From positions 1 through 64,000 of the forward strand of contig CAVVOP010000008.1 in NCBI GenBank assembly GCA_963749915.1: a DNA stretch of 64,000 bases, given 5' to 3'. The stretch is from an uncultured cyanobacterium. GTDB taxonomy: Bacteria; Cyanobacteriota; Cyanobacteriia; Cyanobacteriales; Cyanobacteriaceae. Below the pieces are notes generated by a model. It was not told the origin of the DNA. It searched no databases and saw nothing but the letters and a program-made list of their open reading frames with translations. The translations under genes were made by a program, and so were the position numbers. Positions within the stretch are counted from its first letter, which is position 1. Each line of letters starts with the position of its first letter. Positions 11,556-22,661 of this stretch are shown in pieces.

Positions 11556-11625
11556 TTTTACTGACTTATTAAGTATCCCTCGCCTTCCTTCATTGTCAAT
11601 TATTAACTATTAATTAATTGTCAGT

Positions 11626-11937
11626 TTACCACTTGAGAAGATTAAAACGTTCCATATCAATGGTATCACGGTTACGATAAATAGCCAGAATAATGGCCAA
11701 ACCAACTGCCGCTTCCGCCGCCGCAATCGTGATCACAAATACTGCAAAAACTTGCCCTTTAATTTCACCCGGGTCTAAATAGTTAGAAAATCCCATTAAA
11801 TTAAGATTAACAGCATTTAGCAACAATTCGATGGACATTAAAACCCGTACCGCATTACGGCTAGTTACTAAGCCATAAATACCGATGCAAAATAAAGCCG
11901 CCGCTAAAATCAAAAAATATTCTAATTGTATTTCCAT
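11626..11937 (-). CDS. ndhE: NDH-1 subunit E (NuoK)
   Basis: [32 protein letters not shown]. Confidence 0.97.
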   Translation of the reverse strand: MEIQLEYFLILAAALFCIGIYGLVTSRNAVRVLMSIELLLNAVNLNLMGFSNYLDPGEIKGQVFAVFVITIAAAEAAVGLAIILAIYRNRDTIDMERFNLLKW

Positions 11938-11963
11938 TATTTTCTACTACTGATATTTACAAA

Positions 11964-12575
11964 TTAATTATTATCATTACTTGCGGAAATCAAATCTCTA
12001 GGTTTTTCGGGTAAAGTTAAAGAAGTAGTATAAATTTCTCTAGTTTTTTGAGCTGTAGGAATCAAGTCCCTACGGGCTAAGATAATCGCCCCCACCATTG
12101 CCATCAGAAGTAAAACAGAAACTACTTCAAAAGGTAAAAGATAATCACTAAAGAAATGTTTCCCAATCGTAACTATCGTATTCTCGATAACAGCAGGAGA
12201 AACTGTCGATAATTGCCAAGGAGTAACTAAAACCATAGTACTCAATAAAGCGAATAAACCAAAACAAACTAAAGCGGTAGAAATTTTGCGAATCCATCCG
12301 CCTTTTATTTGTTGAAAATTTTCAGTTTTATTAACTAGCATAATTGCAAACAGAATAAGTACATTGACTGCACCCACATAAACTAAAATTTGGGCAGCGG
12401 CGACGAAATCGGCGTTAAGTAAAAGATATAAACCGGAGATACTCATAAACACACCCCCTAAAAGAAAGGCAGAGTAAACGATATTATCTAGTAAAACTAC
12501 ACCCAAAGCTGTTCCAATCACCATTATTGAGAGGATTACGAAAGCTATAAACTGAACGCCCTGTGATATTTCCAC
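11964..12575 (-). CDS. ndhG: NDH-1 subunit G (NuoJ)
   Basis: NADFVAAAQILVYVGAVNVLILFAIML; LLPFE. Confidence 0.97.
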   Translation of the reverse strand: MEISQGVQFIAFVILSIMVIGTALGVVLLDNIVYSAFLLGGVFMSISGLYLLLNADFVAAAQILVYVGAVNVLILFAIMLVNKTENFQQIKGGWIRKISTALVCFGLFALLSTMVLVTPWQLSTVSPAVIENTIVTIGKHFFSDYLLPFEVVSVLLLMAMVGAIILARRDLIPTAQKTREIYTTSLTLPEKPRDLISASNDNN

Positions 12576-12657
12576 GATTTAATATACCTTTTGAAAAATA
12601 TTTGAAACAACTATCAATTATATTAAGGGCTGAATATTATTCAACCCCTACCAACCA

Positions 12658-13233
12658 TCAACTATTAACTATATCTTGAGGATTTTTTCCCGCACGTTGA
12701 CTCCCTTTAGGTAAATCATGAGGCTCAATGACGCCTTTTGGCAAGTATCCTAATTCTTTAAGGGGTGTTACCATGGGATCTTCTGTTACTTTTGTCGGTA
12801 AGCGTCCTAACGCCACATTATCATAATTTAATTCATGACGATCGTAAGCCGCTAGTTCGTATTCTTCTGTCATTGATAAACAATTAGTCGGGCAATATTC
12901 GACGCAATTACCGCAGAAAATACACACCCCAAAATCAATACTATAGTGTTTTAATTCTTTCTTTTTAACGGATTTGTTAAATTCCCAATCTACCACAGGG
13001 AGATTAATTGGACAAACCCGCACACAAACTTCACAGGCAATACATTTATCAAATTCAAAATGAATTCTACCTCTAAACCGCTCAGAAGGAATGAGTTTTT
13101 CATAGGGATATTGTACCGTTACTGGGCGACGTTTCATATGATCAAAAGTGACAGCAAAACCCTGCCCAATATACTTTGCCGCTTCTACACTTCCTTTAGC
13201 GTAATCAGTTACTTGTTTGAGAAATTTAAACAT
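12658..13233 (-). CDS. ndhI: NDH-1 subunit I (2x 4Fe-4S)
   Basis: [12 protein letters not shown] and [15 protein letters not shown] start chosen at 13233. Confidence 0.97.
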   Translation of the reverse strand: MFKFLKQVTDYAKGSVEAAKYIGQGFAVTFDHMKRRPVTVQYPYEKLIPSERFRGRIHFEFDKCIACEVCVRVCPINLPVVDWEFNKSVKKKELKHYSIDFGVCIFCGNCVEYCPTNCLSMTEEYELAAYDRHELNYDNVALGRLPTKVTEDPMVTPLKELGYLPKGVIEPHDLPKGSQRAGKNPQDIVNS

Positions 13234-13313
13234 AATTCTGTTCAATAAGTGCCAATGGAATTCATTTTACACGAACTTGATATATATAATTGCTAATTGC
13301 TAATTGCCAATTA

Positions 13314-13937
13314 TTAATCGATGACAGCATTTAACAAGACTTGGGTTAAACTCATTTCTTCCATGTCATCAATGGTCACAGTATCGACAATGTCAAACTT
13401 AGCCCCTGCACCTTGCAATAAATCATCAAGAGCTTTAAAATACTCCGTAGCTTTTTTATCCTTGCCGATTTGAACAAAAGAAATTCCCAACTCCTCACTT
13501 TGATCTATTTTATAGGTAGCATCAATGATTAAACGAATAATCTCTTTCGGTTCATCAGGAATACTATCGGTGATAATCAACATAGTTTCACCGTTAGGTT
13601 TAGCTTTACCTTCGGCTTTCCTTTGAAAGTAATTATTGAGAGCGTCTTGTAATACGCTTTTTAGGTTAGATTTGCCCATGGGCTCATTTTGAGCATAAAT
13701 TTCGCTGATTTTATCGGCGGTAACGTTGTCGTATCGTCTAAAACGTCCTGAATATAGATAAACTGTGATCCCATCAGGATCAATTTCATCACATTTTTGA
13801 GCAAGGGCCATAGTTGATTCTTGGGCGATTTCCCAACGGGTTTTCCCTTTGCCATCATCGGTGGTCAAACTACCACTTTTATCGATAATTACAGTATAGT
13901 CCCGATTAGTAACAATGGATTCAGTATTCATAATCAA
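13314..13937 (-). CDS. vWA domain protein
   Basis: MIDAS motif IIDKSGS, ITD, and ELGISFVQIG. Confidence 0.85.
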   Translation of the reverse strand: MIMNTESIVTNRDYTVIIDKSGSLTTDDGKGKTRWEIAQESTMALAQKCDEIDPDGITVYLYSGRFRRYDNVTADKISEIYAQNEPMGKSNLKSVLQDALNNYFQRKAEGKAKPNGETMLIITDSIPDEPKEIIRLIIDATYKIDQSEELGISFVQIGKDKKATEYFKALDDLLQGAGAKFDIVDTVTIDDMEEMSLTQVLLNAVID

Positions 13938-14094
13938 TAATTCCTTATATTTATCTCTACATGAATGATAACTAAAATTTTTAAGATAAAAATTGTAAAT
14001 TATTCTTGCAAATCTTTTAAAAATGTATAAATTTGAGCTAGAACTGATTTATGGCTTTAACCTAAAATATACTCAAAATATTATTTTCACAACT

Positions 14095-14406
14095 ATGGAT
14101 AATGAAAAAAAATATCGGATGATTTGTACCCTTTCCTTTGGCGATATTTACGGTCAAATTATTGTTTGGTTGGGCGTTATTTTTATTAGTCTTGCTAGTA
14201 CCTTAGCATTATGGAGTAGTACCCGTCAAATTTATGCTTTTGCCACTGTGGGTATTGTTTTGGTTTTATCTTTACCTTTCCTACTTTTTGCCTTTGTAAC
14301 CACTTTATTAAATCATATTGAATTTGCTCCTTTAGAGGAGGTCGAATCTAATAAGGCAAGAAGCAGAGCAAAATTTAACGCTAAAACTGCCGAAGCGACT
14401 ACCTAA
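14095..14406 (+). CDS. Conserved cyanobacterial small membrane protein
   Basis: CTLSFGDIYGQIIVWL and two hydrophobic segments. Confidence 0.7.
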   Translation: MDNEKKYRMICTLSFGDIYGQIIVWLGVIFISLASTLALWSSTRQIYAFATVGIVLVLSLPFLLFAFVTTLLNHIEFAPLEEVESNKARSRAKFNAKTAEATT

Positions 14407-14784
14407 TTAAGGTCTGCTGAAAAAGTAAATTGGTTGGTGATAGTTAAGTAAGAAGTAAGAAATAATAAGTTAAGAGTGAATGACCAAACCGCGTCTAACT
14501 TGAGAATCGGAGTTTTTCCTGTAGGGTTTTTGCCATAGGAAAAATTCCAGATTTCAATTAGTTAATCGCTGAACTTTTGCCATACAGGAATTTTCGGATT
14601 AATCAACCGAACTTTTAATGGTGGATCACCGTAACATATAATCCATTATTGTTTTTAAACATCCTCTACAATGTAAGTTAAGTGATAAAAAACTAATTTA
14701 GTTTCACTCAACAATAGAAATTATCCCTAATAAATATCAATTATCACTGGTCAATTCTCAATTATTAATTGGAGATTCATTTTT

Positions 14785-15906
14785 ATGAATGGAAATATTC
14801 GAGTCGGTAGTTTATTCGGTATCCCTTTTTATGTCAATCCTTCATGGTTTTTAGTCCTGGGGTTGATGACTTTAACCTATGGTACTGATTTGGCCTATCA
14901 AACTCAATTACCCGGTATTTTACCTTGGATATTCGGTTTAATTACCTCTTTACTATTATTTTCTTCCGTTTTAGCCCATGAACTAGGTCATAGTTTTGTT
15001 GCCATGGCGCAAGGAGTTCAAGTAAAATCCATCACTCTTTTTATTTTTGGTGGTTTAGCAACTTTAGAAAAAGAATCCAAAACCCCGGAACAGGCCTTCT
15101 TGGTGGCGATCGCGGGTCCTTTAGTCAGTGTCCTACTATTTATCCTGTTTAGCTTTATCGGCTTAAACTTTTCCTTACCCCTTTCCCTAAGCCTGATAGT
15201 ATCCTTATTAGCAACTATTAACCTCATCTTGGCAGTGTTTAACATGATTCCCGGTTTGCCTTTAGATGGTGGGAATGTCTTAAAAGCCATCGTCTGGAAA
15301 ATCACCGGAAATCCGCAAAAGGGTGTTATCTTTGCCGGAATTGTCGGACAGTTTTTCGGTTGGACTGCCATTATTGTCGGCGCGTTAGGCACATTAAACG
15401 TTATCGGCTTTGGTAACTTTTGGACAGTATTTATCGGTTGGTTTTTACTACAAAATGCCGGAAATGCCGCTCAATCTGCGAGGATGGAAGACACACTCAA
15501 CCATTACGTCGCCGCTGATGCTATTTTACCCGAAAGCCCTGTTATTCAGGATAATTTAACCTTAAGAGAATTTGCTAACGAATATGTTATCGGTAAACAA
15601 CAATGGCGTAAATTCTTAGTGACTAATGATCGAGGAATTTTAATCGGTGTCTTAAATACAGAGGATTTGCGTTCAGTCTCAACTATGGAATGGAATGATA
15701 CCCGTGTGTCAGACTTAATGAAATCGAAAGCTGAAGTAAAAACCGTCATCGATACCCTTTCACTGTTAGAAGTGGTAAAATTATTAGAACAACAACAAGA
15801 ACAAGAGTTAACGGTAGTGAAGGAAGATGGTGTTGTCGTCGGTTTAATTGAAAAGCAGGCTATCATCAAATTTTTACAGTCCAAAATTGTTCCCGCCGTC
15901 AATTAA
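14785..15906 (+). CDS. Site-2 protease (M50) with CBS domains
   Basis: HELGH and NMIPGLPLDGG motifs; C-terminal CBS pair. Confidence 0.93.
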   Translation: MNGNIRVGSLFGIPFYVNPSWFLVLGLMTLTYGTDLAYQTQLPGILPWIFGLITSLLLFSSVLAHELGHSFVAMAQGVQVKSITLFIFGGLATLEKESKTPEQAFLVAIAGPLVSVLLFILFSFIGLNFSLPLSLSLIVSLLATINLILAVFNMIPGLPLDGGNVLKAIVWKITGNPQKGVIFAGIVGQFFGWTAIIVGALGTLNVIGFGNFWTVFIGWFLLQNAGNAAQSARMEDTLNHYVAADAILPESPVIQDNLTLREFANEYVIGKQQWRKFLVTNDRGILIGVLNTEDLRSVSTMEWNDTRVSDLMKSKAEVKTVIDTLSLLEVVKLLEQQQEQELTVVKEDGVVVGLIEKQAIIKFLQSKIVPAVN

Positions 15907-16086
15907 TTTTCGATAGTTTCCCCCAAATCAATCCCCAACGGGTCAGAGAACTTAGCCTCTAACCCCTAGCTCAAAAACATTATGGAAGTTTTATTGAAAA
16001 TTTCTGCCACTGCGAATTCCGAACTCCAAACTCATGGTAATTGTTCATTGTTAATTGTAAAATCAGCTATTAATTAAATATTAACC

Positions 16087-17052
16087 ATGCAAAATTTACG
16101 GACAGCAGTGATCAACTATTATGAAATTCTGGGAGTAAGAACTGATGCGACCCCAGAAGAAATCAAAAAAGAGTTTCGTAGTTTAGCCAGAAAGTATCAT
16201 CCAGACATGAATCCGGGTGATCAAACCTCCGAAGAAAAATTTAAGCAGATTAATGAGGCTTATGACATACTCTCCGATCATAAAAAACGTCAGACTTATG
16301 ATTTTGATCTTTTTGGCGGAAAAAGTAGATTTGTGCGTGGACAAAATAACAAGAGTAACTCCAGTTTTCCTTTTACTCCCCCCAATATAGGCGGTTTTTG
16401 GGATAATCTTAATTCCAATAGTAATACGAATGCCAGAATAAAAAGTAATGCCACTAAACCCAAAACCACTACTGCCGATTTTGCACCAGGAACGACAAGA
16501 ACACCTGTACCACCTCGTTCTTTACCAAAAGATATTGAAGCTAAATTAACTTTACCCCTAGAAAAGGCCTATCAGGGCGGTAGAGAAAGAATTAAATTGG
16601 AAGATGAACGATCCCTAGAAGTTGATATGCCATCGGGAATGTATAACGGGCAAAAAATTCGCCTAAAAGGGCAAGGTATCAGAGGCGGAGATTTATACTT
16701 AAAAATATTGATTCAACCTCATCCTTTTTTCACCTTACGAGGATCTGAGATTTCCTGCGAAATTCCTTTAACTCCTTCCGAAGCTATCGTCGGTGGTGCG
16801 ATCGAAATACCTACTATAGACGGCTTAGTAAAAATGAATGTGCCTCCCGGGGTAAAATCAGGACAAAGATTAAAATTGGCCAATAAAGGCTATCCCAATA
16901 TTCGGGGAGAAAGAGGAGATCAACTAGTAATAATAGAGATAGTTGTACCCAATCAAGTTAGTGAGGAAGAAAAAAAATTATATGCACAAATACGAGAAAT
17001 TGAAATATTTAAACCCCGTCAAAATCTTATTAATTATTATCAGGGGAAATAG
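16087..17052 (+). CDS. DnaJ/CbpA-type co-chaperone (no zinc finger)
   Basis: J domain with HPD motif and a DnaJ C-terminal domain. Confidence 0.92.
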   Translation: MQNLRTAVINYYEILGVRTDATPEEIKKEFRSLARKYHPDMNPGDQTSEEKFKQINEAYDILSDHKKRQTYDFDLFGGKSRFVRGQNNKSNSSFPFTPPNIGGFWDNLNSNSNTNARIKSNATKPKTTTADFAPGTTRTPVPPRSLPKDIEAKLTLPLEKAYQGGRERIKLEDERSLEVDMPSGMYNGQKIRLKGQGIRGGDLYLKILIQPHPFFTLRGSEISCEIPLTPSEAIVGGAIEIPTIDGLVKMNVPPGVKSGQRLKLANKGYPNIRGERGDQLVIIEIVVPNQVSEEEKKLYAQIREIEIFKPRQNLINYYQGK

Positions 17053-17185
17053 CAAAGCTATTAGGGGTTTTGTCAAGTCAACTTTATAATTATTTACATT
17101 TATTAAATTCGGATTTTCTTTCTAATCAAATTGCTAAATTATGATATCCTAGTGATTGTCAGTTAAGTTCCGAGAATTAACCAAA

Positions 17186-17290
17186 ATGCAAGTTAACGAT
17201 TTAGGCTTTGTTGCCACCCTTTTATTTGTGCTTGTGCCTACCGTTTTTCTCCTAATTTTATATATTCAAACTGGAAAAAACGAAGCCTAA
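17186..17290 (+). CDS. psbM: Photosystem II reaction centre protein M
   Basis: Manual translation [34 protein letters not shown]; below the ORF-track cutoff. Confidence 0.95.
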   Translation: MQVNDLGFVATLLFVLVPTVFLLILYIQTGKNEA

Positions 17291-17527
17291 TAAACATATT
17301 TAAGAAAAAACAAGATAATCAATTATTAATGTTGTTATCTAAAAATAAAGGTTTATTACTAGGGATTTAATCAGCAATGATTTTTGTTTTACTTCAAATA
17401 TTGGTAAAGACAATACCTAGTTTTAAACCCCCTAATTTTGGCTCGTTACTGTTAGAGTTAAATCTTATAACTATTCTCTATTCGCTACCCTCAGCAAAAT
17501 ACTTTTCCAGCAAACCCTGAGTCTTAC

Positions 17528-18157
17528 TTACTGGAAAATTTCGCTTAATTGTTGAGGTTTATCAATCAAAAAATCTGGTTGATGTTGTGCCAAAACATCC
17601 GCGGAATTAAATCCCCAAGTTACTGCTGCTACCTTTATTTTACTTTTTTTTGCAGCTTCAATATCACGGGTCTCATCACCAACATAAACTATTTCATCAA
17701 TTAATAATTGACGTTTTTTAATTAGTTTATTAATAATTTTATTTTTGCCAAATAGGGTGTTCGCAGAATAGACAAAATCAAAATAATACTCTAATTCATT
17801 ATTTTTAAGAAAATTTAATACATTTTCTTCCATATTAGATGTAACTATACCCAAATTAAAACCTTGTTGTTTAAGATTAGTTAAAGCCTCTTTTATACCC
17901 ATAAATGGTTGAAGATTTGCTATGTATTGATTAAGTTCTTTTTTAATTCGTCTTAATAAAAATGGTATTTTATAGGCAGGAATAGGGGATTGTAAAATAA
18001 CATCCCTAGAACTTAAATTACTTAATCGGATAATCTCATCTTCGGTAACTTGTTCATAACCAAATTCATCCGCTAATTCATTGGCAATTTTTACTAATGT
18101 CATACGACTATCAGCAAGAGTACCATCAAAATCAAATATAAAAACTTTTTCTGTCAT
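17528..18157 (-). CDS. HAD-superfamily hydrolase (phosphoglycolate phosphatase-like)
   Basis: FDFDGTLAD, VTSN and YVGDETRD motifs. Confidence 0.88.
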   Translation of the reverse strand: MTEKVFIFDFDGTLADSRMTLVKIANELADEFGYEQVTEDEIIRLSNLSSRDVILQSPIPAYKIPFLLRRIKKELNQYIANLQPFMGIKEALTNLKQQGFNLGIVTSNMEENVLNFLKNNELEYYFDFVYSANTLFGKNKIINKLIKKRQLLIDEIVYVGDETRDIEAAKKSKIKVAAVTWGFNSADVLAQHQPDFLIDKPQQLSEIFQ

Positions 18158-18215
18158 GAAAAACCTTATTTTTACGGAAATTTTTAACTGAAATTGGGGA
18201 CACAATATTTACATT

Positions 18216-19211
18216 CTAATTTTTAATCTGACTTTTTTCTATTTGGGATTGAGCATTGCGCCTCCACATTTCTGGTTTAATGCGGCGTAACGCCGAACCT
18301 TGAAAACGTTCATTCCATTCTGTTTCCGTCATTTGTGCTAGTTCTGTTAATTTGGGATTAATATTAGCAGGATAAGGAAAAAAATCTGGTACATCTGTTA
18401 CTTTGGCAAATCTTTGATTCCAAGGACAAACATCTTGGCAAATATCACAACCGGCTACCCAACCGTTTAATTTAGAGGCGATTTCTACCGGTAAATTATG
18501 TTGACGATTTTCGATGGTATGATAGGCAATACAAAGATTAGCATTGACCACAAAAGGTTCAGTAATTGCTTGAGTAGGACAAGCAGATAAACACCTTGTA
18601 CAAGTGCCACAATGACTGGTATGGGGTTGATCTAGGGTAAGGTTAATATTGGTTAAAATTTCCCCTAAAAATACCCAACTGCCATAATCTTTAGTGATTA
18701 CATTGCCATTTTTGGCAATCCAACCGATACCAGCCTGTTGTGCCCAAAATTTATCTTGGATTGGTCCCGTATCTACATAATATCTTACTTTAAATCGGTC
18801 ATCTTTCCCTACCAACCAAGAACATAATGCTTTGAGTTTTGCGGACATAACTCGGTGATAATCTCTCCCCCAACCATAACGAGAAATTTTTGCGGTATCC
18901 GCTTCATCAGAATGTTGATGAGGGGTATAGTAATTTAAGGCAACAGAAATAATGGATTTTGCTTCATGCCAAGTTTCCTTGATGTCTTGTCGTTTGGGAT
19001 TACTCATCCATGCCATTTCTGCTTGATAACCCTTATGTAACCATTGTTGAAATCTTTGTTTATTCTCCACTTGTTTCTCTAAATTGGCGGTAACGGTGGT
19101 AATACCGACTCGATGAAATCCGATACTTAGGGCTTGTTGTTTTATCTGTTCACTGGTAACGGATGGGTTTTTTTCATGGTGATTCATTATTTTTGAGATG
19201 GAATTTTCCAT
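18216..19211 (-). CDS. queG: Epoxyqueuosine reductase
   Basis: ISRYGWGRDYH, CGTCTRCLSACPT and GCDICQDVCPWN. Confidence 0.95.
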   Translation of the reverse strand: MENSISKIMNHHEKNPSVTSEQIKQQALSIGFHRVGITTVTANLEKQVENKQRFQQWLHKGYQAEMAWMSNPKRQDIKETWHEAKSIISVALNYYTPHQHSDEADTAKISRYGWGRDYHRVMSAKLKALCSWLVGKDDRFKVRYYVDTGPIQDKFWAQQAGIGWIAKNGNVITKDYGSWVFLGEILTNINLTLDQPHTSHCGTCTRCLSACPTQAITEPFVVNANLCIAYHTIENRQHNLPVEIASKLNGWVAGCDICQDVCPWNQRFAKVTDVPDFFPYPANINPKLTELAQMTETEWNERFQGSALRRIKPEMWRRNAQSQIEKSQIKN

Positions 19212-19317
19212 AATTGTTGATTTTTGATTTTACCCAAAGGTTAAAAGAATTGAATCGGGAGTTAGAGATTTAAAGGTTATATTAATGATTAAAGGAGTAA
19301 AAAATTACATAAAATCT

Positions 19318-19929
19318 ATGGTACAAGCCCTCATAAAATCCGTCAGTTTTACCGAATTTCTGGAATGGAAGCCTGACGGAGGAAATTATGAATTACATAG
19401 GGGAGTAATCACAGAGATGCAACCGAGAGGGAAACATGAAGAAATAATTGGGTTTTTAGCCACAGAATTTGCCCTAGAATTTCGCCGCTTAAAATTACCC
19501 TATTTGATACCTAAACAAGCCCTAGTTAAAGTAGCAAATTATGAAACTGGTTATTCCCCTGATGTTTTAATTTTAAATCAGGATAACTTAATTAATGAGT
19601 CTTTATGGGATAAATATTCTACAGTACAAACAAAAAAATCCATTCCTCTAGTGGTAGAAATTGTTAGTAGTAATTGGCGAGATGACTATTTAACAAAAGT
19701 TAGAGATTACGAAGAAATTGGCATTAATGAATATTGGATTGTGGATTATTTAGGGTTAGGTGGTAGGCGTTACATTGGTTATCCAAAACAACCTACTATT
19801 TCTATTTATTCTTTGGTTGACGGGGAATATCAAGTAAATCTGTTTCGTCAAGATGATGTCATTGTTTCTCCTAGTTTTCCCGAGTTAAATTTAACTGCAG
19901 AGCAAATTTTTAATAGTGGGGGAGTTTAA
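19318..19929 (+). CDS. Uma2-family (DUF820) endonuclease-like protein
   Basis: YELHRG, PDV, LVVEIVSSNWRDDY and EYWIVD motifs. Confidence 0.9.
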   Translation: MVQALIKSVSFTEFLEWKPDGGNYELHRGVITEMQPRGKHEEIIGFLATEFALEFRRLKLPYLIPKQALVKVANYETGYSPDVLILNQDNLINESLWDKYSTVQTKKSIPLVVEIVSSNWRDDYLTKVRDYEEIGINEYWIVDYLGLGGRRYIGYPKQPTISIYSLVDGEYQVNLFRQDDVIVSPSFPELNLTAEQIFNSGGV

Positions 19930-20043
19930 TCATCTAGTTAAGAATCTGTAAAGCCAGAATTCCTTAACACAATCTTTGATTTGTCCGCGGCAGTGTCAAT
20001 TTCAGGTAAGATTGACTATTGAGAGTTATCAAATTGATTAATT

Positions 20044-21606
20044 ATGGATTTTTCTAGTCAAATTGCTAGTCAATTAAATGCTGGAGGTATTCTTCCAGAA
20101 GCAATCGTCATCGTTACTTTATTATTAGTATTAATCGGAGATTTAATTTTTGGGCGTAAATCCGTGGCATGGTTGCCTTATTTTGCCATTGCTGGTTTAC
20201 TCGCCTCTGTTACATCTTTATTCTATGGTTGGGATAATCCTGATCCTACTTCTTTTATCGGTTCTTTTACTGCCGATAATCTCAGTATAGTCTTTAGAGC
20301 CATCGTCGCTTTATCTACCGCTATCACTATTCTCTTGTCGATTGCCTATATTCAAAATACCGGAACTTCCCTTGCTGAATTTATCGGTATCATGTTAACT
20401 GCTACTTTAGGTGGTATGTTTCTCTGTGGTGCATCGGAATTGGTGATGATTTTCGTCTCCTTAGAGATGCTTAGTATTTCTTCCTATCTGCTAACAGGTT
20501 ACATGAAGCGAGATCCCAGATCTAATGAAGCTGCTTTGAAATATTTGTTAATTGGTGCTGCCAGTTCTGCCATTTTCCTCTATGGTTCATCTTTACTATA
20601 TGGACTATCGGGGGGGATGACCAATATTAATAACATCACTGGTACTTTACAAACAGGGGAAGGGTTAGAATCCCTCGGGTTAGCCATTGCTTTAGTTTTC
20701 ATGGTAGCCGGTATCGCTTTCAAAATTTCGGCTGTACCCTTTCATCAGTGGACTCCCGATGTGTATGAAGGTTCACCAACCCCTGTAGTTGCTTTCTTAT
20801 CTGTAGGCTCAAAAGCGGCTGGTTTTGCCATCGCCATTAGACTATTAGTTACTGCATTTGCCCCTGTAACTGAACAATGGCACTTTATCTTTACAGCCTT
20901 AGCAATTCTGAGTATGGTATTAGGAAATGTGGTAGCCTTAGCTCAGACTAGCATGAAAAGGATGTTAGCCTACTCGTCCATTGGTCAAGCAGGTTTTGTG
21001 ATGATTGGTTTAGTGGCTGGTAGTCAAGCAGGTTACTCTAGCATGATATTTTACTTGTTTATCTACCTATTCATGAATCTAGGTGCATTCGCCTGTGTCA
21101 TCCTCTTTGCCCTGAGAACTGGGACTGATAAAATTAGTGATTATGCCGGATTATATCAAAGGGATCCCCTATTGACTCTCGGATTAAGCATCTGTTTGCT
21201 TTCTTTAGGCGGTATTCCCCCCCTAGCAGGATTTTTTGGTAAAATTTACATTTTCTGGGCAGGTTGGCAGGCAGGGCTTTATGGCTTAGTCTTAGTGGCT
21301 TTAGTTACTAGCGTTATCTCCATTTACTATTACATTCGGGTAGTAAAAATGATGGTAGTAAAAGAACCTCATGAAATGTCAGATGTCGTCAAAAAATATC
21401 CCCCCATTCGCTGGAATTTGCCTGGGATGCGTCCCATTCAAGCGGGTTTGGTTTTTTTACTCATCGCTACTTCCTTACTCGGCATCTTATCGAACCCTGT
21501 GGTCACAATTGCCAATAAATCTGTCAGCAGTAGCTTGGTGTTAAAGGCCTCTTTGGAAGCGGGAGTTAATCCTATTTCTGCCAGTGAAGTGAAAACAGTT
21601 TTATAA
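20044..21606 (+). CDS. ndhB: NDH-1 subunit B (NuoN)
   Basis: [27 protein letters not shown] and [12 protein letters not shown]. Confidence 0.97.
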   Translation: MDFSSQIASQLNAGGILPEAIVIVTLLLVLIGDLIFGRKSVAWLPYFAIAGLLASVTSLFYGWDNPDPTSFIGSFTADNLSIVFRAIVALSTAITILLSIAYIQNTGTSLAEFIGIMLTATLGGMFLCGASELVMIFVSLEMLSISSYLLTGYMKRDPRSNEAALKYLLIGAASSAIFLYGSSLLYGLSGGMTNINNITGTLQTGEGLESLGLAIALVFMVAGIAFKISAVPFHQWTPDVYEGSPTPVVAFLSVGSKAAGFAIAIRLLVTAFAPVTEQWHFIFTALAILSMVLGNVVALAQTSMKRMLAYSSIGQAGFVMIGLVAGSQAGYSSMIFYLFIYLFMNLGAFACVILFALRTGTDKISDYAGLYQRDPLLTLGLSICLLSLGGIPPLAGFFGKIYIFWAGWQAGLYGLVLVALVTSVISIYYYIRVVKMMVVKEPHEMSDVVKKYPPIRWNLPGMRPIQAGLVFLLIATSLLGILSNPVVTIANKSVSSSLVLKASLEAGVNPISASEVKTVL

Positions 21607-21702
21607 ATATAAGTGGGATTTTGTGTCAAGTTTAAAACTGATTGGTAAAGGAAGGGAACAAGCAAATCCCCCTTTATCCTTATTTTTTCTTTTATTTAAT
21701 CA

Positions 21703-22590
21703 ATGTTCTCCCAAACTATTACTATTCAACCTCAAACATTAACAGAATCTACTTCTATTAACCTGTTTCAACAAATTAAATTTATTCCTCTGACAACACC
21801 CCTAATACAAGAATCCATTTTAACTAGCTATGTGGTAGAAGGGGAAAAAGGCACTCCTATTTTGTTATTACACGGTTTTGACAGTTCTTTGTTGGAATTT
21901 CGCCGTTTATTGCCATTATTGAGCAAAGATTATCAAGTTTGGGCATTAGATTTACTAGGATTTGGTTTCACTGAGCGGAAATTCTCAATAAATTACTCTC
22001 CTGAAAGCATTAAAACCCATTTACGAGCATTTTGGGAAAATAGGATTCAAAAACCCGTAATTTTAATAGGTGCATCTATGGGAGGTGCGGCGGCTATCGA
22101 CTTTTGTTTAAGTTATCCCGAGGTGGTAAAAAAACTAGTCTTATTGGACAGTGTTGGTTTGACTAAACAGAATCTCCTGGGCAAATTTCTGTTTCCGCCA
22201 TTAGATTATTTTGCCAGCGAATTTTTGCGGAATTTAAAAGTTAGACAAAATATTAGTAAAAATGCCTATTTTAATCCCCATTTTGCCAGTGAAGATGCGT
22301 TGCAATGTGCGGCTTTACATTTACAATGTAACAATTGGAATAAAGCCTTAATTTCTTTTGCCAAAAGTGGCGGTTATGGTTCATTTTCTGCTCAATTAAA
22401 GAATATTACTCAACCTACCTTAATTATTTGGGGTGAAAACGATAGAATTTTGGGCATTAAATCCGCTAACGAGTTTCAAGAAATGATAGCCCATAGTAAA
22501 TTAATTTGGGTGAAAAATTGCGGCCATGTGCCACACTTAGAGCAGGCAGAAATTACGTGTAATTGTATTCTCGATTTTGCCAACAACTGA
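21703..22590 (+). CDS. Alpha/beta fold hydrolase
   Basis: LLHGFDSS, GASMGG nucleophile elbow and GHVPHLE. Confidence 0.9.
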   Translation: MFSQTITIQPQTLTESTSINLFQQIKFIPLTTPLIQESILTSYVVEGEKGTPILLLHGFDSSLLEFRRLLPLLSKDYQVWALDLLGFGFTERKFSINYSPESIKTHLRAFWENRIQKPVILIGASMGGAAAIDFCLSYPEVVKKLVLLDSVGLTKQNLLGKFLFPPLDYFASEFLRNLKVRQNISKNAYFNPHFASEDALQCAALHLQCNNWNKALISFAKSGGYGSFSAQLKNITQPTLIIWGENDRILGIKSANEFQEMIAHSKLIWVKNCGHVPHLEQAEITCNCILDFANN

Positions 22591-22661
22591 TAAACTAAAG
22601 AAAAATTAAACACCTTAGTTATAATTAACCCAAAGTAAATTTTCTATTTTTAATAAAAACT

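Noticed and set aside
15018..15902. Antisense ORFs here and opposite rplL, feoB, alaS, pheA, IS1 and others
   Set aside because: Shadow frames of well-supported genes with no motifs of their own.
19318..19929. Uma2 gene as part of a defence system
   Set aside because: Solitary member of a family that is highly expanded in cyanobacteria; no partner genes.
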